From Desulfobacterales bacterium (lineage in GTDB: Bacteria > Desulfobacterota > Desulfobacteria > Desulfobacterales > SURF-7), in NCBI GenBank assembly GCA_046484745.1, contig JAWOIJ010000046.1, forward strand, positions 74,743 to 138,742: a stretch of 64,000 bases of DNA, in the 5' to 3' direction. The stretch's first letter is position 1. Every line of letters starts with the position of its first letter. The notes under the pieces were generated by a model. That model saw nothing but the letters and a program-made list of their open reading frames with translations, was not told the DNA's origin and made no database searches. A program made the position numbers and the translations under genes. This document shows, piece after piece, positions 63,075 through 64,000 of the stretch.

Positions 63075-63476
63075 ATGACGATGGTATCTCATGATGACCT
63101 TGATTGCAAAGAAGCCGTTACCGTTCGTTTGATCAAGCATGTTCTGGAGATGTCCGAACAGCAGCAGGCCACACTTTTAAAACAGATAGAGGACCCTTCT
63201 TTTTTTTCCGATGGATTCGGAGAGAGAGATGACATCCGAAAACCCTATATCAATGAGATCGAATTTGAATCAAAAGGATTTCCTTTTAAAGGTTTCAGTC
63301 AGGACATAAGCGGTGGCGGAATGTTTATTAAAACCGATGAAAAGTTTTCCGTTGGCAATATGGTTGTACTTAAAATTCCTTTTACCGATAACCGGAAGCA
63401 TATCAGGGTTTCCGCTGAAATTGTCAGAATCGCTTCGGATGGCATCGGGGTGGAGTTTCTGAGGGCAAACAATTAA
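63075..63476 (+). CDS. Stand-alone PilZ-domain protein, probably co-transcribed with PFOR
   Basis: RDDIRK (RxxxR) followed about 24 aa later by DISGGGMFI. AAGGAG at 63061-63066 is best spaced for ATG 63075 (the listed ORF starts at GTG 63066). It begins 10-19 nt after the PFOR stop. Confidence 0.8.
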   Translation: MTMVSHDDLDCKEAVTVRLIKHVLEMSEQQQATLLKQIEDPSFFSDGFGERDDIRKPYINEIEFESKGFPFKGFSQDISGGGMFIKTDEKFSVGNMVVLKIPFTDNRKHIRVSAEIVRIASDGIGVEFLRANN

Positions 63477-63540
63477 TTTTATTCAACGATTTGGGAGGTA
63501 CCGGAAGGAACATTCGGGTTCCAGGGCTGTAATGCCACAT

Positions 63541-64000
63541 CTATTTTCGGAAAAGCCGTCTTCCGGTTTCATTCAGAAGTGATTCCAGTCTCTCGGCAAC
63601 TCTTTCTTTCTCTTCCGCAGCCTCCATCTCTTTGGATATGATTGTCATACACCCAAGTGAAAGATAAATCCGATCTTGCTGAAACGATTCAATAGAGGCC
63701 TGATCCTTTAACCAGACAGCGCGGCCTTTTTCGAAAAGCAGTTTGTAGACCGCTTCCGTGTTTCCCTTTTTTCGAGTTTCCAGACGCAGTTTTTTTCTGG
63801 ATCCGCTCAGTTCCTGTTTGTCAAAAACTTTTTTTTCGATATTGATATAATCATCTTTATAACTGTATTCTCTGCGGCCGATAATACTGTTCCTGAAAGC
63901 ACCGCTGATTTCAGAAGGGCTGCATCCCATCAGCTCGGTAAACTGCCTGCTGACAAATTCATACCAGATTGTTTTTTCCTCTTTGGTCCAGGCGGCGAGA
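63541..64000 (-). CDS. Hypothetical protein, 5' end outside the window
   Basis: The minus-strand frame stays open upstream of the listed Met at 63930 (…LAAWTKEEKTIWYEFVSRQFTELMGCSPSE…) to the window edge. No recognisable motifs. Confidence 0.45.
   Translation of the reverse strand, partial: LAAWTKEEKTIWYEFVSRQFTELMGCSPSEISGAFRNSIIGRREYSYKDDYINIEKKVFDKQELSGSRKKLRLETRKKGNTEAVYKLLFEKGRAVWLKDQASIESFQQDRIYLSLGCMTIISKEMEAAEEKERVAERLESLLNETGRRLFRK

Overview
This is a core-chromosome segment from what looks like a Desulfobacterota-type anaerobe of moderate GC. That guess rests on PFOR, class I fumarase, a DUF39 homocysteine enzyme, several sigma-54 activators and VKOR. All calls come from reading the supplied ORF translations and the DNA by eye; no searches were run. 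Left to right the window contains: a DUF39 enzyme (partial), lepB, pyrB, pyrC. Next is a sigma-54 activator (PilR-like) and a type IVa pilin gene with a good -24/-12 promoter. The pilin is followed by four large GT-C-type membrane glycosyltransferases (two with TPR domains), a VKOR-DsbA fusion and an MBL hydrolase. Then come an unknown gene divergent from hsp20, an acyl-CoA synthetase, a SagB-type nitroreductase and cbiA. A cobalamin riboswitch follows, controlling btuB, a BtuF-CbiZ fusion, btuFCD and exbB-exbD-tonB. After that are an NMO/FabK-like enzyme, a PAS sigma-54 regulator and a GT-B glycosyltransferase, then rpsF-rpsR-DUF2232-rplI-dnaB-hflX-suhB and glcD-like. dnaA sits next to a 943-bp AT-rich intergenic region with clustered DnaA-box-like repeats, the probable oriC. 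The right end holds pdxA, uvrA, a hybrid histidine kinase, htpG, class I fumarase and PFOR, interleaved with three stand-alone PilZ genes. No rRNA, tRNA, CRISPR array, transposase or prophage genes were seen. The best candidate for an undescribed system is the pilin-linked GT-C/VKOR-DsbA/MBL cluster (about 5.2-15.7 kb). The signal-peptide BtuF-CbiZ fusion and the hsp20-divergent RHH-like gene with an operator-like palindrome come next.
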